Below, in pieces: positions 1 to 8,970 of a stretch of DNA of 64,000 nt. The DNA lies in contig CAZKLG010000001.1 in the NCBI GenBank assembly GCA_964553675.1, positions 3,590 to 67,589 of the forward strand. The letters are read 5' to 3'. A program made the position numbers and the translations under genes. This stretch comes from an uncultured Mageeibacillus sp. Its GTDB lineage: Bacteria; Bacillota; Clostridia; Saccharofermentanales; DTU023. The notes under the pieces were generated by a model that saw only the letters and a program-made list of their open reading frames with translations, was not told the origin of the DNA and searched no databases. Each line of letters starts with the position of its first letter. Within the stretch, counting starts at the first letter, position 1.

Positions 1-1669
1 GGGCAGGATCATCATGGTTGGTGTCCCGGCCTTCAGGGGGCAGGTCTTTGGCGGATTCGGGGCAGGCGGCCTGGGTGGGAATATTAAGGTCGGCTCCTCT
101 GGCCCTGTCTTTCTCCCAGGCCTGTCGGCTGTCGGACAGCATGGGGGTCAGGTCGACCTCCTCGATATCGATACCCAGAGCCCGGGCCACGCCCTTGCCG
201 TAGTCGGGATCGGCCATATAGCAGTGATTGATGTGGCGATGCTTGATCTGCAGGGTGGAATCACCCATATTCCTGGCAGTGTTCTCAAAGAGGACCAGCT
301 GTTGCTGGGGACTCATCTGCCTGAAAAGCTGACCGGGCTGGCTGAAGTAGTCATGGTCATCTTCCCTGAAGTCATAGTGCATGACCTCTCCACCTTCCTG
401 GACCGGCTCCGCTTCCTGATAGTGATCTTGCCAGTTGCCGTAGCTGTTGGGTTCGTAATGGAGTTCAGAACCCAGGTTGCCGTCAACCCGCATGAGACCA
501 TCCCGATGGAAGCTGTGGGGGTTTTTGACACCCAAAGGCGCATTGACCGGGATCTGGTGGTGGTTGACCCCCAGCCGGTAGCGCTGGGCATCGCCATAGG
601 AGAAGAGGCGGGTTTGCAACATCCGGTCAGGTGAATAGCCAATTCCGGGCACATTGTTGGCCGGATTAAAGGCGGCCTGTTCGACCTGGGCGAAGTAGTT
701 ATCCGGGTTCCTGTTGAGGACCAGTTCACCGACTTCGATTAGGGGGAAGTCTTTTTTGAACCACATCTTGGTCAGATCGAAGGGATTATAGGGCATCTTT
801 TTGGCCTCTTCCTCGGTCATGACCTGAATGAAGAGAGTCCAGCGGGGGAAGTCCCCCTCTTCGATGGCCGTGTAAAGGTCACGCTGATGGCTCTCGCGGT
901 CATTGGCTACCACCAGGGCCGCTTCCTGATCGGTCAGATTCTGGATGCCCTGGCGGCTCCTGAAATGGAATTTGACCCAGATTCTTTCGTTATCGGCATT
1001 GATCAAACTGTAGGTGTGACTGGAAAAGCCGTGCATATAACGGTAGGAGGAGGGGATCCCCCGGTCGCTCATGGTGATGGTGACCTGGAGGAGGGCTTCG
1101 GGCAGGGAGGACCAGAAATCCCAGTTGGTGTTGGGGCTTCTCATATTGGTCCGGGGATCCCTTTTGACCGCATGGTTGAGGTCAATGAATTTCTTGGGGT
1201 CCCGGAAGAAGAAGACCGGTGTGTTATTGCCGACCACATCCCAGTTACCTTCCTCGGTATAGAATTTGACGGCAAAGCCCCGGATATCACGTTCAGCGTC
1301 AGCAGCCCCCCTTTCGCCGGCTACAGTAGAGAAGCGCATAAAGAGAGGAGTCTTCTTGCCAATGTCTGAAAAAAGCTTGGCCTTGGTATAGCGGCTGATA
1401 TCCTGAGTAACTGTGAATTCGCCAAAAGCACCTGAGCCCTTGGCGTGCATGCGACGCTCGGGGATAACCTCACGGTTAAAGTGAGCATGTTTTTCGATCA
1501 GCCAGGCATCCTGGACGACCTGGGGTCCCCGGACGCCTGCTGTCATGGTGTCCTGATTGTTGATGACGGGGGCTCCGTTTTCACGGGTAATAGCCGGATG
1601 GTCACCGACACGGTCGTTGCGACTTGGTATCGCCTGGTCCAGTTTGTTCTTTTTCATAGGGTCCTTCAT
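1..1669 (-). CDS. katA: Monofunctional heme catalase (C-terminal end runs off the left window edge)
   Basis: Absent from the ORF track because no stop lies in the window. Manual minus-strand translation from ATG 1669..1667 gives [35 protein letters not shown]...[22 protein letters not shown]...[47 protein letters not shown]...[23 protein letters not shown], all classic catalase core motifs. AGGAGA lies 9 nt upstream. I checked the frame codon by codon over positions 238 down to 77 and translated the remainder in one pass without meeting a stop. Confidence 0.92.
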   Translation of the reverse strand, partial: MKDPMKKNKLDQAIPSRNDRVGDHPAITRENGAPVINNQDTMTAGVRGPQVVQDAWLIEKHAHFNREVIPERRMHAKGSGAFGEFTVTQDISRYTKAKLFSDIGKKTPLFMRFSTVAGERGAADAERDIRGFAVKFYTEEGNWDVVGNNTPVFFFRDPKKFIDLNHAVKRDPRTNMRSPNTNWDFWSSLPEALLQVTITMSDRGIPSSYRYMHGFSSHTYSLINADNERIWVKFHFRSRQGIQNLTDQEAALVVANDRESHQRDLYTAIEEGDFPRWTLFIQVMTEEEAKKMPYNPFDLTKMWFKKDFPLIEVGELVLNRNPDNYFAQVEQAAFNPANNVPGIGYSPDRMLQTRLFSYGDAQRYRLGVNHHQIPVNAPLGVKNPHSFHRDGLMRVDGNLGSELHYEPNSYGNWQDHYQEAEPVQEGGEVMHYDFREDDHDYFSQPGQLFRQMSPQQQLVLFENTARNMGDSTLQIKHRHINHCYMADPDYGKGVARALGIDIEEVDLTPMLSDSRQAWEKDRARGADLNIPTQAACPESAKDLPPEGRDTNHDDPA

Positions 1670-1717
1670 GATTGATAGTCTCCTTTCACGAGGCCGTTAA
1701 TAGGGGCGGTTAACAAT

Positions 1718-1732
1718 TTAGAACCATTCTAA
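1718..1732 (-). promoter_or_regulatory. PerR/Fur-type 7-1-7 inverted repeat upstream of catalase
   Basis: TTAGAAC-C-ATTCTAA (perfect 6-3-6 palindrome TTAGAA/TTCTAA) lies about 50-60 nt upstream of the catalase ATG. It has the same architecture as the Bacillus PerR box TTATAATnATTATAA. Confidence 0.4.
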
Positions 1733-1801
1733 TTTACTAATGATATGAGGTCGGTAACCTAAGGGCCTTTTCTTTTTTCTGAATCTGCCTGGAGGAATTA
1801 C

Positions 1802-3055
1802 TTAATACTTCTTTTTCATCTCCACCCAATCGATGGATCGAAAATCCCTTGCTTGAGTCGCAAATGTGGTCCGGCTGTCTGTCGCACTGGCAAAGGCAGC
1901 CTCGTTGATCACCGAATATTCCACTTCGGTGCCATCAGGACGGATATAGGTATCCACACCGCGGACGGCCTCGCTGTATTTATCGAAGATGCGGTCCATG
2001 GCCGATCCCTGGCTGGCAGAGGCCTGGCGCATGGCCTTGTGTTGGCTGTCTGATCTGGCGAACCAGGCCTGGTTATAGGCATCAAAGCTGGCCTGCTGCT
2101 GTCGCATCATATCCATGTGGGCATTGAACCAGTCAGACTGGGCGGCTTGCAGCTGGCCGCTGATGCGGGTCCTCTCCCTTTCCATCCGCTGGAAGACCTG
2201 GGGACTTGCCTGCATGGTGGAAGCGAACATGATAAAGGCGCCGTAGTAGTCATCGAAGAGATCCCTGGGGCTGGTCAGGGACAAAAGATACTGGCTTTCC
2301 CAGATGATATAGGTCATGGAAGCACCAAAGAAAAAGCCGCCGGCTCCTCCGCTGATCTCTATCCCGTCAATCAGTACAGCAACCGCCATTCGCCAGTCCT
2401 GGCCCTCCTGCTGGTAGTCGTAGATCCGGGTCACCCCGTCATAAAAGGCCTGGTCGACCCTTGACCACATACCCGGGGGTGTCTGCGCTTGAATCTGCTG
2501 GCTGATCGTCCGGGCCATTTCCCCTGCCCGTGCTGCGTAGTCAAGTGGCGGATCCTGGGGGAGGGGGCGGCTGTCGTGAAGCCAGATATTCTGAAAGGAG
2601 CCTGCCTGGTCCATAAAGAAGGCATCGGCATATTGGCTGGGGGAGATCAGGCCTTTCATGGGCATCATGTCAACCTGGTCGAAAGCCCCTTCCCTGTGCC
2701 GGACCATACCGGATCGGACCTCCTTGAAGGCAGAGCCCGACCAATAGTTGATGCGGACAGGGTCCTGGGCGGGCCTGGCCTGGACCTGCAGGGTCATGGG
2801 CCAGTTGGCACTTTGAAGATAGGGCAGGAGGGCGCCTTCTGTCGACCAGCCGGCGGGCAGGAGTATGTAGCAGAGCGGGTCGCCTGTCTGCTGGTCCCAA
2901 ACGGTCAAGCGTCCGTCAGGCCGCCTGTCTGGATCCTGATTGGAAAAACTGACCCGGATATGACTTCTACAATAGGGGCAGCAATAAAAACCAGCTTCTG
3001 CCACCCCCTCCAGGGGACCTCCGCATTGTGGACAGTTGACGGTTTCAAAGTGCAT
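1802..3055 (-). CDS. Hypothetical protein with N-terminal zinc ribbon
   Basis: 417-aa ORF. The N-terminus MHFETVNCPQCGGPLEGVAEAGFYCCPYCRSH carries two Cys pairs (CPQC...CPYC). The remainder has no motif I recognise, and the C-terminal third is Q/A/M-rich. Confidence 0.55.
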   Translation of the reverse strand: MHFETVNCPQCGGPLEGVAEAGFYCCPYCRSHIRVSFSNQDPDRRPDGRLTVWDQQTGDPLCYILLPAGWSTEGALLPYLQSANWPMTLQVQARPAQDPVRINYWSGSAFKEVRSGMVRHREGAFDQVDMMPMKGLISPSQYADAFFMDQAGSFQNIWLHDSRPLPQDPPLDYAARAGEMARTISQQIQAQTPPGMWSRVDQAFYDGVTRIYDYQQEGQDWRMAVAVLIDGIEISGGAGGFFFGASMTYIIWESQYLLSLTSPRDLFDDYYGAFIMFASTMQASPQVFQRMERERTRISGQLQAAQSDWFNAHMDMMRQQQASFDAYNQAWFARSDSQHKAMRQASASQGSAMDRIFDKYSEAVRGVDTYIRPDGTEVEYSVINEAAFASATDSRTTFATQARDFRSIDWVEMKKKY

Positions 3056-3248
3056 GGCCTTTCTCCCGGAAGCTTAATAATTAGTCATCCCTGAAGCCTG
3101 TGAACTACTGCCGAAAAGATCCGGTTATATGGCGGTTGACGGTCAATACACTGCTATTATAGCGGTAAAGAGGTCATCTTGTTGTCGATTAAAAATGATA
3201 ATAAGAAAGAAAATTATAGAAATGGGACCTGTCCCAGGAGGATTCCCC

Positions 3249-4151
3249 ATGAAAATCTACACCCCCCAGGCTTTTTTTGACCAAGTGCCTTCCAAGGCAC
3301 TGCAAGGCCCGGCCGTCCTCTTGTCCGGCTCCCAGGAAAGCCAGACACTTTTTACCCTGGCCGGCATCCAAGTGTCTGATGATTTTCCCCAGGCCGAAAA
3401 ACAATCCACCCACTACGAGATCCGGGATGGCTATGACTTCTTGTCCTTGTCTTTACCGGATCTGGGAATACCCGACCAGGAGCCCGCCCGGCTAGAGGCC
3501 TATCTCATGGCTGACCGGCTCCTGGTCAGGGGTGATCAGGAGCTCCTGGATAAACTGGACCATCAGCTGGCCCTGGCCAAACCATCTGACCGCCTGCCCT
3601 CACGGGCCTTGATTCTTTTTTTCAACAATCTCCTGGAGGAGGCAGTCAGCCTCCTGGATGAAATGGATGACCAGATCGATAACCTGGAAAGCCTGGAGGA
3701 GGCAGATCCCCGGCAGCGTTTGGCCTCCATCCTGCCTATCCGGAAAAAACTCCAGGGATTGAAACACTATTACCAGGGCCTCCTTGAAGTCTTTGAAGAG
3801 ATGGGGTCCGAGAGCAACCAGCATTTTTCTTCCGACCAGCTCAAGGTTCTGAGAGCTCAAAAAAAGAAAACCGACCGGATCCTGAGATCGATCGTCAACC
3901 TCAGGGACCAGCTCAACCAGGCCCGGGAGGCCCTGCAAAATCAGCTGGACATCAGCCTCAATGAGACCATGCGTTTTTTCACGGTCATCACCGCTGTCTT
4001 CCTGCCGCCCACCCTCCTGGTGGGCTGGTATGGCATGAATCTGCGCATGCCTGAACTGGATTACGCCCTGACCTATCCCTTGGTTGCCCTGGCCTCATTT
4101 GCCTTTATTATTTTGAGCTTGATCTTCTGCAAGAAGAAGGGTTGGTTTTAG
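3249..4151 (+). CDS. corA: CorA-family magnesium/cobalt transporter
   Basis: GMN signature in LLVGWYGMNLRMPE is followed by a C-terminal TM helix. Start moved from track 3129 to in-frame ATG 3249, with AGGAGG 7 nt upstream. Confidence 0.85.
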   Translation: MKIYTPQAFFDQVPSKALQGPAVLLSGSQESQTLFTLAGIQVSDDFPQAEKQSTHYEIRDGYDFLSLSLPDLGIPDQEPARLEAYLMADRLLVRGDQELLDKLDHQLALAKPSDRLPSRALILFFNNLLEEAVSLLDEMDDQIDNLESLEEADPRQRLASILPIRKKLQGLKHYYQGLLEVFEEMGSESNQHFSSDQLKVLRAQKKKTDRILRSIVNLRDQLNQAREALQNQLDISLNETMRFFTVITAVFLPPTLLVGWYGMNLRMPELDYALTYPLVALASFAFIILSLIFCKKKGWF

Positions 4152-4549
4152 GTCTGCTTGAATTTTTTTACCAAAAAGACGATCAGCTCCAGCAAAAGAC
4201 CCACTCCCAGTCCCAGTCCTAAAAGGAAGAGGAAGGAGAGGAGGCCGATCAGGTCCTCCCAGCCAGCCGCTCCATCCCAAAAGGTAAAGAGCATGAAGCC
4301 AGAGCCCGTGGCAAAGCCAGCCAGAAAAAAGCCCAGGGCAAACTTGAGCCTGAAAAAAGCAAAGAGGAAAGTGATGGAGCCGATAATCAGCCCCAGGACT
4401 GCCATAGCCAGAAAATTAGTCAAGACCAGGGGCGTCTCCAGCAAGATACCTACGCCCAGGTAAAAGACCCCGAAAGTCAATAGCGCTGTGAGACCACTGA
4501 CCAGGAGGGAGCTTTTCAAACGTTTATCATTCTTTTCCATGTCAGTCAC
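4148..4549 (-). CDS. Small integral membrane protein, unknown function
   Basis: 133-aa ORF with about four hydrophobic G/L/F-rich helices. It has a 4-nt tail-to-tail overlap with corA. Confidence 0.5.
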   Translation of the reverse strand: MTDMEKNDKRLKSSLLVSGLTALLTFGVFYLGVGILLETPLVLTNFLAMAVLGLIIGSITFLFAFFRLKFALGFFLAGFATGSGFMLFTFWDGAAGWEDLIGLLSFLFLLGLGLGVGLLLELIVFLVKKFKQT

Positions 4550-4651
4550 CCCCTTTCAGAGGGTCTTCATCCGTCCCCATCATGTGCCGGCCGTCAGCCT
4601 TATTATGGGCCGTCAGTCAAAAAAACAAGGTATCCCCGGGAACCGAAAGAA

Positions 4652-4678
4652 GAAAAAACCTGCCCCCCGGGGGCAGGT
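4652..4678 (-). terminator. Intrinsic terminator downstream of tmRNA
   Basis: 9-bp GC-rich stem (ACCTGCCCC/GGGGCAGGT) with a 3-nt loop, followed on the minus strand by TTTTTT, immediately after the tmRNA 3' end. Confidence 0.75.
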
Positions 4679-4683
4679 CTTTA

Positions 4684-5059
4684 TGGTGGAAGCGAGGGGA
4701 GTCGAACCCCTGTCCGAAATCATCTCCAAAGGGACTTCTCCGGGTGCAGTCTGTGATTCAGATTCGCTGATCCCGCAAGGTCACAGACAGTCTTACAGGT
4801 CAGCTAGTCTCATGATACGCGGCCAGGGCCTCAAGACTTTGGCCCGCCGGTTGCCCTCTTTAACCTGCCAAAAGGGAAAGGTCTACGATTGACGTCCCGG
4901 TCCGGCTAGCAGATTGGCCGGGGAGACGGCAACGGCTACGCCGCTGCAAGTGCCGGTTGTTTGGCAATTATAAAAGTTTCTCGCTTTTTAAAGAGGCCAA
5001 CGAGAATCCTCTACCCGCTTTCCCGATCTCAACAACCCCGTCGAAACCAGTACGCTCCC
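4684..5059 (-). ncRNA. ssrA: tmRNA (SsrA)
   Basis: The minus strand reads GGGAGCGTACTGGTTTCGACGGGGTTGTTGAGATCGGGAAAGCGGGTAGAGG...GGACAGGGGTTCGACTCCCCTCGCTTCCACCA. The tRNA-Ala-like acceptor has a G3:U70 pair, a T-arm and CCA. The internal tag frame is GCC AAA CAA CCG GCA CTT GCA GCG GCG TAG (4965..4936) = AKQPALAAA*. Confidence 0.93.
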
Positions 5060-5073
5060 ATATAGGGGCGCCT

Positions 5074-5103
5074 ATTATAGCATGCGGGGGCTTCTTTTGT
5101 AAA
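5074..5103 (-). promoter_or_regulatory. Sigma-A-type promoter of ssrA
   Basis: Minus strand TTTACA, 18 nt spacer, (TGc)TATAAT. The -10 ends about 14 nt before the mature tmRNA 5' end. Confidence 0.55.
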
Positions 5104-5189
5104 AGAGGCCAGAGCACGGGAGAGGTGGTATGCTGTCAAGGGAGACGGAGGTCCATAGAGAAGATTTCAAGACATTAAGGGAGGCTGTC

Positions 5190-6740
5190 ATGGCAGGAGA
5201 CCAGTACCTATTGGCGGTGGATGTGGGGACGCAAAGTGTGCGTGCCATCGTATTTGACCGTGAGGGAGGGCGGGTGGCCTCTGCCCGAAAGATCAGCAAA
5301 CCCTACTACAGCCTCCAGGCCGGTTGGGCCGAGGTGCCTGCCCAGCAGTTCTTCGAGGACAGCTGTCAGGTCATCCGGGAGGTGGTCCAGGAACTGGGCG
5401 ACCGGATAGGGGGACTCAAGGCCGTCGCCTTCACCGCCAACCGTGACAACATCATGCCTTTGGATGAAGATGACCAGCCCATTCGTGACTGGATTACCTG
5501 GGTGGATACCCGCCGGTCACCTGAAGCCAAGGAAGCCTTGAAAAAGGAACTGAGAGGTTTCGACCTGGCTGTCTACCTGGCAGATTATGCCTTCTTTTCC
5601 ATGATTGCCTACCGGTCCAAGTTCAACTGGCTGAAATATAATGAGCCGGAGACCTATCAGAGGGCAAAAAGATATGTTTCCTTGACCGGCTATCTCAACC
5701 TCAGATTATGTGGGGTTTTCCGGGATGCCCGGGGCATGCAGGTGGGCTATGTACCCTACCAGGCCAAGCGCCAGGATTGGTACCGGATCAAGGCGGTTTT
5801 CAAGTTTCTGGGAGTCCGCCGTGACCAATTGCCTGACCTGGTGGCCCCCGGGGAGGAGATCGGACGGATTAGCCAGGAGGGCCATGAAGCCTCGGGGCTT
5901 CCTGTCGGCCTTCCGGTCATCGCCTCGGCCGGCGACAAGCAGTGTGAAACCCTGGGTGGTGGAGTCTTTGATCCCTCCCAGGCCGTCGTCAGCTATGGGA
6001 CCATGGCTACCCTGGGGACGACCAGTCTCAAGCACATCGAAGACAAAAAACTCAAATTCTATACCTTTGCCAGCTGTATTCCCGACGCCTGGAATCCCGA
6101 ATACAGTATTTACCGGGGTTACTGGCTGGTGACCTGGTTCTGCCAGCTCTACGCCAAGGAAAGTGGCATGCCCGAGTTCTTGAAAAGGATGAACCAGGAG
6201 GTCCTTTCCATTCCCCCCGGTTCCAATGGCCTTTTTGTCTTTCCCTTCTGGACCATCCACCCCGGACTTTACCCCCATGGCAAGGGGATGATCGCCGGTT
6301 GGATGGACTATCACGGGGAGGCTGACCTCTACCGGGCCATCCTGGAGAGTATCGCCTATGCCCTCCGCGAAGGTCTGGAGGTGATTGAGGGCAAGAGCGG
6401 GACCCGGGTCAAGAAGTTGACCGTGGTAGGCGGGGGCAGCCAGTCGGATGCGGCCATGCAGCTGACGGCCGATATCTTCAACCTGCCGGCTGTCCGTCTG
6501 AAAGACAAGGAGATCAGCGCTATCGGAGCGGCCATCAACGCAGGGGTTTGGGCCGGTTTTTTCGACAGCTACGAAGAGGGGGTCAAGGCCTTGGTCCGGG
6601 AGGAAAAGACCTTCTGGCCCAAGCCTGCCGATGTGGCCGTCTATGAACATCTCTACCAGGAGGTCTATAAGAAGGTTTATAAGCGAAATGAATCGCTCTT
6701 CAAGACCCTGGAGGCCTTCACGCCCAAAAATGAGCTTTAA
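5190..6740 (+). CDS. FGGY-family carbohydrate kinase
   Basis: N-terminal YLLAVDVGTQSVRAIVFDREG and C-terminal LTVVGGGSQSDAAMQLTADIFNLPV are FGGY N- and C-domain signatures. Start moved to ATG 5190 (AGGGAGG upstream). The track start 5130 remains possible. Confidence 0.85.
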   Translation: MAGDQYLLAVDVGTQSVRAIVFDREGGRVASARKISKPYYSLQAGWAEVPAQQFFEDSCQVIREVVQELGDRIGGLKAVAFTANRDNIMPLDEDDQPIRDWITWVDTRRSPEAKEALKKELRGFDLAVYLADYAFFSMIAYRSKFNWLKYNEPETYQRAKRYVSLTGYLNLRLCGVFRDARGMQVGYVPYQAKRQDWYRIKAVFKFLGVRRDQLPDLVAPGEEIGRISQEGHEASGLPVGLPVIASAGDKQCETLGGGVFDPSQAVVSYGTMATLGTTSLKHIEDKKLKFYTFASCIPDAWNPEYSIYRGYWLVTWFCQLYAKESGMPEFLKRMNQEVLSIPPGSNGLFVFPFWTIHPGLYPHGKGMIAGWMDYHGEADLYRAILESIAYALREGLEVIEGKSGTRVKKLTVVGGGSQSDAAMQLTADIFNLPAVRLKDKEISAIGAAINAGVWAGFFDSYEEGVKALVREEKTFWPKPADVAVYEHLYQEVYKKVYKRNESLFKTLEAFTPKNEL

Positions 6741-6816
6741 TAAGAGTCCAGGGGAGGATTGCCATTTCTCCTTTGAGGATGATAGAGTCAAGAAAAGTTA
6801 TTTCAGGAGGTAGGTC

Positions 6817-7146
6817 ATGATTGAAACACTATACCAGCTGGCCCAGACGGACCAGAAAACCATCAAACCCGTCATCATGGATGAGAACCTTCATTACATG
6901 CATATGATTCTCAATCAGGGGGAGGCCCTGCCGGTCCATTATTCCAATGGCAACGTCTATATGAATGTCCTGCGGGGGACCTTGTCAATTGGTCTGGGAG
7001 ACCAGGAGATCCACGATTACGGGCGGGGGGCTCTTTTAAAGATCCCGGTTAATATCAAAATGAATGTACACAACCGCCATGAAGAAACGTTGGAGATTAC
7101 GGTTGTCAAAGCACCGGCGCCGACTGGAGCGGCCCGGACGGAATAA
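6817..7146 (+). CDS. Cupin-domain protein
   Basis: 109-aa ORF with AGGAGG upstream. It shows a single beta-barrel cupin-like pattern (GEALPVHYSNGNVYMNVLRGTLSIGLGDQE). Confidence 0.55.
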   Translation: MIETLYQLAQTDQKTIKPVIMDENLHYMHMILNQGEALPVHYSNGNVYMNVLRGTLSIGLGDQEIHDYGRGALLKIPVNIKMNVHNRHEETLEITVVKAPAPTGAARTE

Positions 7147-7164
7147 AAGTGAGGTAAGAAATTA

Positions 7165-8790
7165 ATGAGTATGTTTTGTTTTCAATGTCAGGAGACAGCC
7201 AGAGGGACTGGCTGTACCGTGCGCGGCGTCTGCGGCAAGCCCGAGGAAGCGGCCAAGCTCATGGATCTTTTGATCTATAGTCTCAAGGGGATCGCCATCC
7301 TGGTAGAAAAAGAGGCTATGGATGCCAAGGATCTCTTCCAGCTGAATGGTCAGGTGCTCAACAGTCTTTTCATGACCATCACCAATGCCAACTTTGATGA
7401 AGAGGCCCTGGAAGCCCAGATCCGCTTGATCCTGGCCATGCGGGATGAATTGCCGGGTGACAGGGAAGGCTTGCATGATGCGGCCGTCTTCCAGGTGACT
7501 GACCGGGATTCCATGCTGGAAAAAGCAGCTGAGGTGGGCGTCCTTCTGACCGAGGATGAAGATATCCGCTCCCTGCGCGAGATGATTACCTACGGCCTCA
7601 AGGGCATGGCGGCCTATACCGAGCATGCCCGCAACATCGGCCTGGATGATCCCACAATCAGTGCCTTCATCTATGAGGCCCTGGCCAAGCTTCTGGATCC
7701 TTCCCTGACAGTGGATGATCTGGTGGCCCTGACTTTGAAAACAGGTGAGTATGGGGTCAAGTCCATGGTTCTCCTGGATCATGCCAATACCGCCCGTTAC
7801 GGTCACCCCCAGGCGACCAAGGTCAATATCGGTGTCAGAAAGAACCCGGCCATCCTGATCACCGGACACGACCTGGTGGACCTGGAGGCCCTCCTGGAGC
7901 AAACCAGGGGGACGGGTGTCGACGTCTATACCCACGGCGAGATGCTGCCGGCCAACGCCTATCCGGCCTTTCATAAATATGACAATCTGGTAGGTAACTA
8001 CGGCGGTTCCTGGTGGCACCAGCTGGATGATTTTGTCACCTTCAAGGGGCCCATCCTCTTTACCACCAACTGCATTGTGCCCCCCCGCAGTGAAGAAGTC
8101 CGGGCCCGGATTTTCACCACCGGCTCAACCGGATACCCGGGCTGTAAGCATATTGTCCCGGATCAGGACGGCAAGAAGGATTTTTCAGAGATCATCGAGC
8201 TGGCCAAGAGCCTGCCGCCACCGGAAGAAATTGAAAGTGGCTTCGTCCACGCCGGCTATGCCCATCACCAGGTTGGTCTTCTGGCCGACAAGGTGGTCCA
8301 GGCCGTCAAGGACGGCCAGATCCGTAAATTCTTTGTCATGGCAGGCTGTGACGGCCGCATGAGATCCCGCCAATACTACACGGATTTTGCCCAGGCCCTG
8401 CCTGAGGATACGGTCATACTGACAGCCGGTTGTGCCAAATACCGCTATAACAAGTTGCCCTTGGGGGATATCGGAGGGATTCCCAGGGTCCTGGACTCAG
8501 GCCAGTGCAATGATTCCTACTCCATTGTCCTCATCGCCAAGGTCCTTCAGGAGGCCTTTGAGCTGGAGGACATCAACGATCTGCCAGTCGCCTTCAATAT
8601 CGCCTGGTATGAGCAAAAGGCTGTGATTGTCTTCCTGGCCCTCCTTTATCTGGGCATCAAGGACATCCATCTGGGACCCAGCCACCCCGGCTTCCTCTCC
8701 CCCCGGGTCAAGGACCTCCTGGTGGAAAAATTCGGTATTGCCGGCATCGGCAGTGTCGAAGAGGACCTGGAGCTCTTCCTGGGCGCCTGA
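7165..8790 (+). CDS. hcp: Hybrid-cluster protein / hydroxylamine reductase
   Basis: N-terminal [23 protein letters not shown] has the Cx2Cx8Cx5C cluster motif. Length is 541 aa, and conserved GCAKYRYN and SGQCNDSYS regions are present. Confidence 0.93.
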   Translation: MSMFCFQCQETARGTGCTVRGVCGKPEEAAKLMDLLIYSLKGIAILVEKEAMDAKDLFQLNGQVLNSLFMTITNANFDEEALEAQIRLILAMRDELPGDREGLHDAAVFQVTDRDSMLEKAAEVGVLLTEDEDIRSLREMITYGLKGMAAYTEHARNIGLDDPTISAFIYEALAKLLDPSLTVDDLVALTLKTGEYGVKSMVLLDHANTARYGHPQATKVNIGVRKNPAILITGHDLVDLEALLEQTRGTGVDVYTHGEMLPANAYPAFHKYDNLVGNYGGSWWHQLDDFVTFKGPILFTTNCIVPPRSEEVRARIFTTGSTGYPGCKHIVPDQDGKKDFSEIIELAKSLPPPEEIESGFVHAGYAHHQVGLLADKVVQAVKDGQIRKFFVMAGCDGRMRSRQYYTDFAQALPEDTVILTAGCAKYRYNKLPLGDIGGIPRVLDSGQCNDSYSIVLIAKVLQEAFELEDINDLPVAFNIAWYEQKAVIVFLALLYLGIKDIHLGPSHPGFLSPRVKDLLVEKFGIAGIGSVEEDLELFLGA

Positions 8791-8810
8791 TCCCAGCCAA
8801 AGCTTTTCGA

Positions 8811-8844
8811 AAAAACGCCCCTGTTCAGCAGTGGGCGTTTTTTT
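8811..8844 (+). terminator. Intrinsic terminator after hcp
   Basis: AAAAACGCCC, 12-nt loop, GGGCGTTTTTTT. Confidence 0.7.
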
Positions 8845-8970
8845 CTGCCTGACCCGGTCCTGATCTGGGTTTATAATGGACAGGCATGGGCCTCTTTGTA
8901 ACCTCTGGCTGACAAAAGCGTCTAAGAGACCAGAGGGATGAGGCATGAGGCCTTGTCTGAGGAGGAAACT

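Noticed and set aside
14-1369. Track ORFs 14..634, 887..1369 and 1445..1675 (plus) and 313..729 (minus, wrong frame).
   Set aside because: All overlap the catalase gene, whose minus-strand frame carries unmistakable family motifs. The listed ORFs are G/V/P-rich antisense or off-frame products.
1-4684. A genomic island integrated at the 3' end of ssrA (catalase, zinc-ribbon orphan, corA and a membrane protein lie downstream of the tmRNA gene).
   Set aside because: I found no integrase or recombinase gene and no direct repeat of the tmRNA 3' end (GTCGAACCCC...TCCACCA core) in 1-4650. There is no obvious compositional break. The left boundary would be outside the window, so this cannot be fully excluded.
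4488-4892. Track ORFs 4488..4892 and 4582..4770 on the plus strand, and 4957..5178.
   Set aside because: They lie across or antisense to the tmRNA gene (4684..5059, minus) and its terminator and promoter. They have no ribosome-binding site and no recognisable protein motif.
5706-6791. Long antisense ORFs throughout the window (5706..6791, 7162..8019, 14779..15594, 24928..25620, 28303..29142, 30363..31451, 33723..34643, 35924..37042, 42033..42587, 45293..46051, 51369..52196, 56149..56985, 58215..58979, 60357..61055). They could be read as overlapping genes.
   Set aside because: Each lies opposite a gene with strong family motifs. Their products are low-complexity G/P/R/D/Q-rich. They lack Shine-Dalgarno sequences. 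Open antisense frames of this length are expected in G+C-rich coding DNA.
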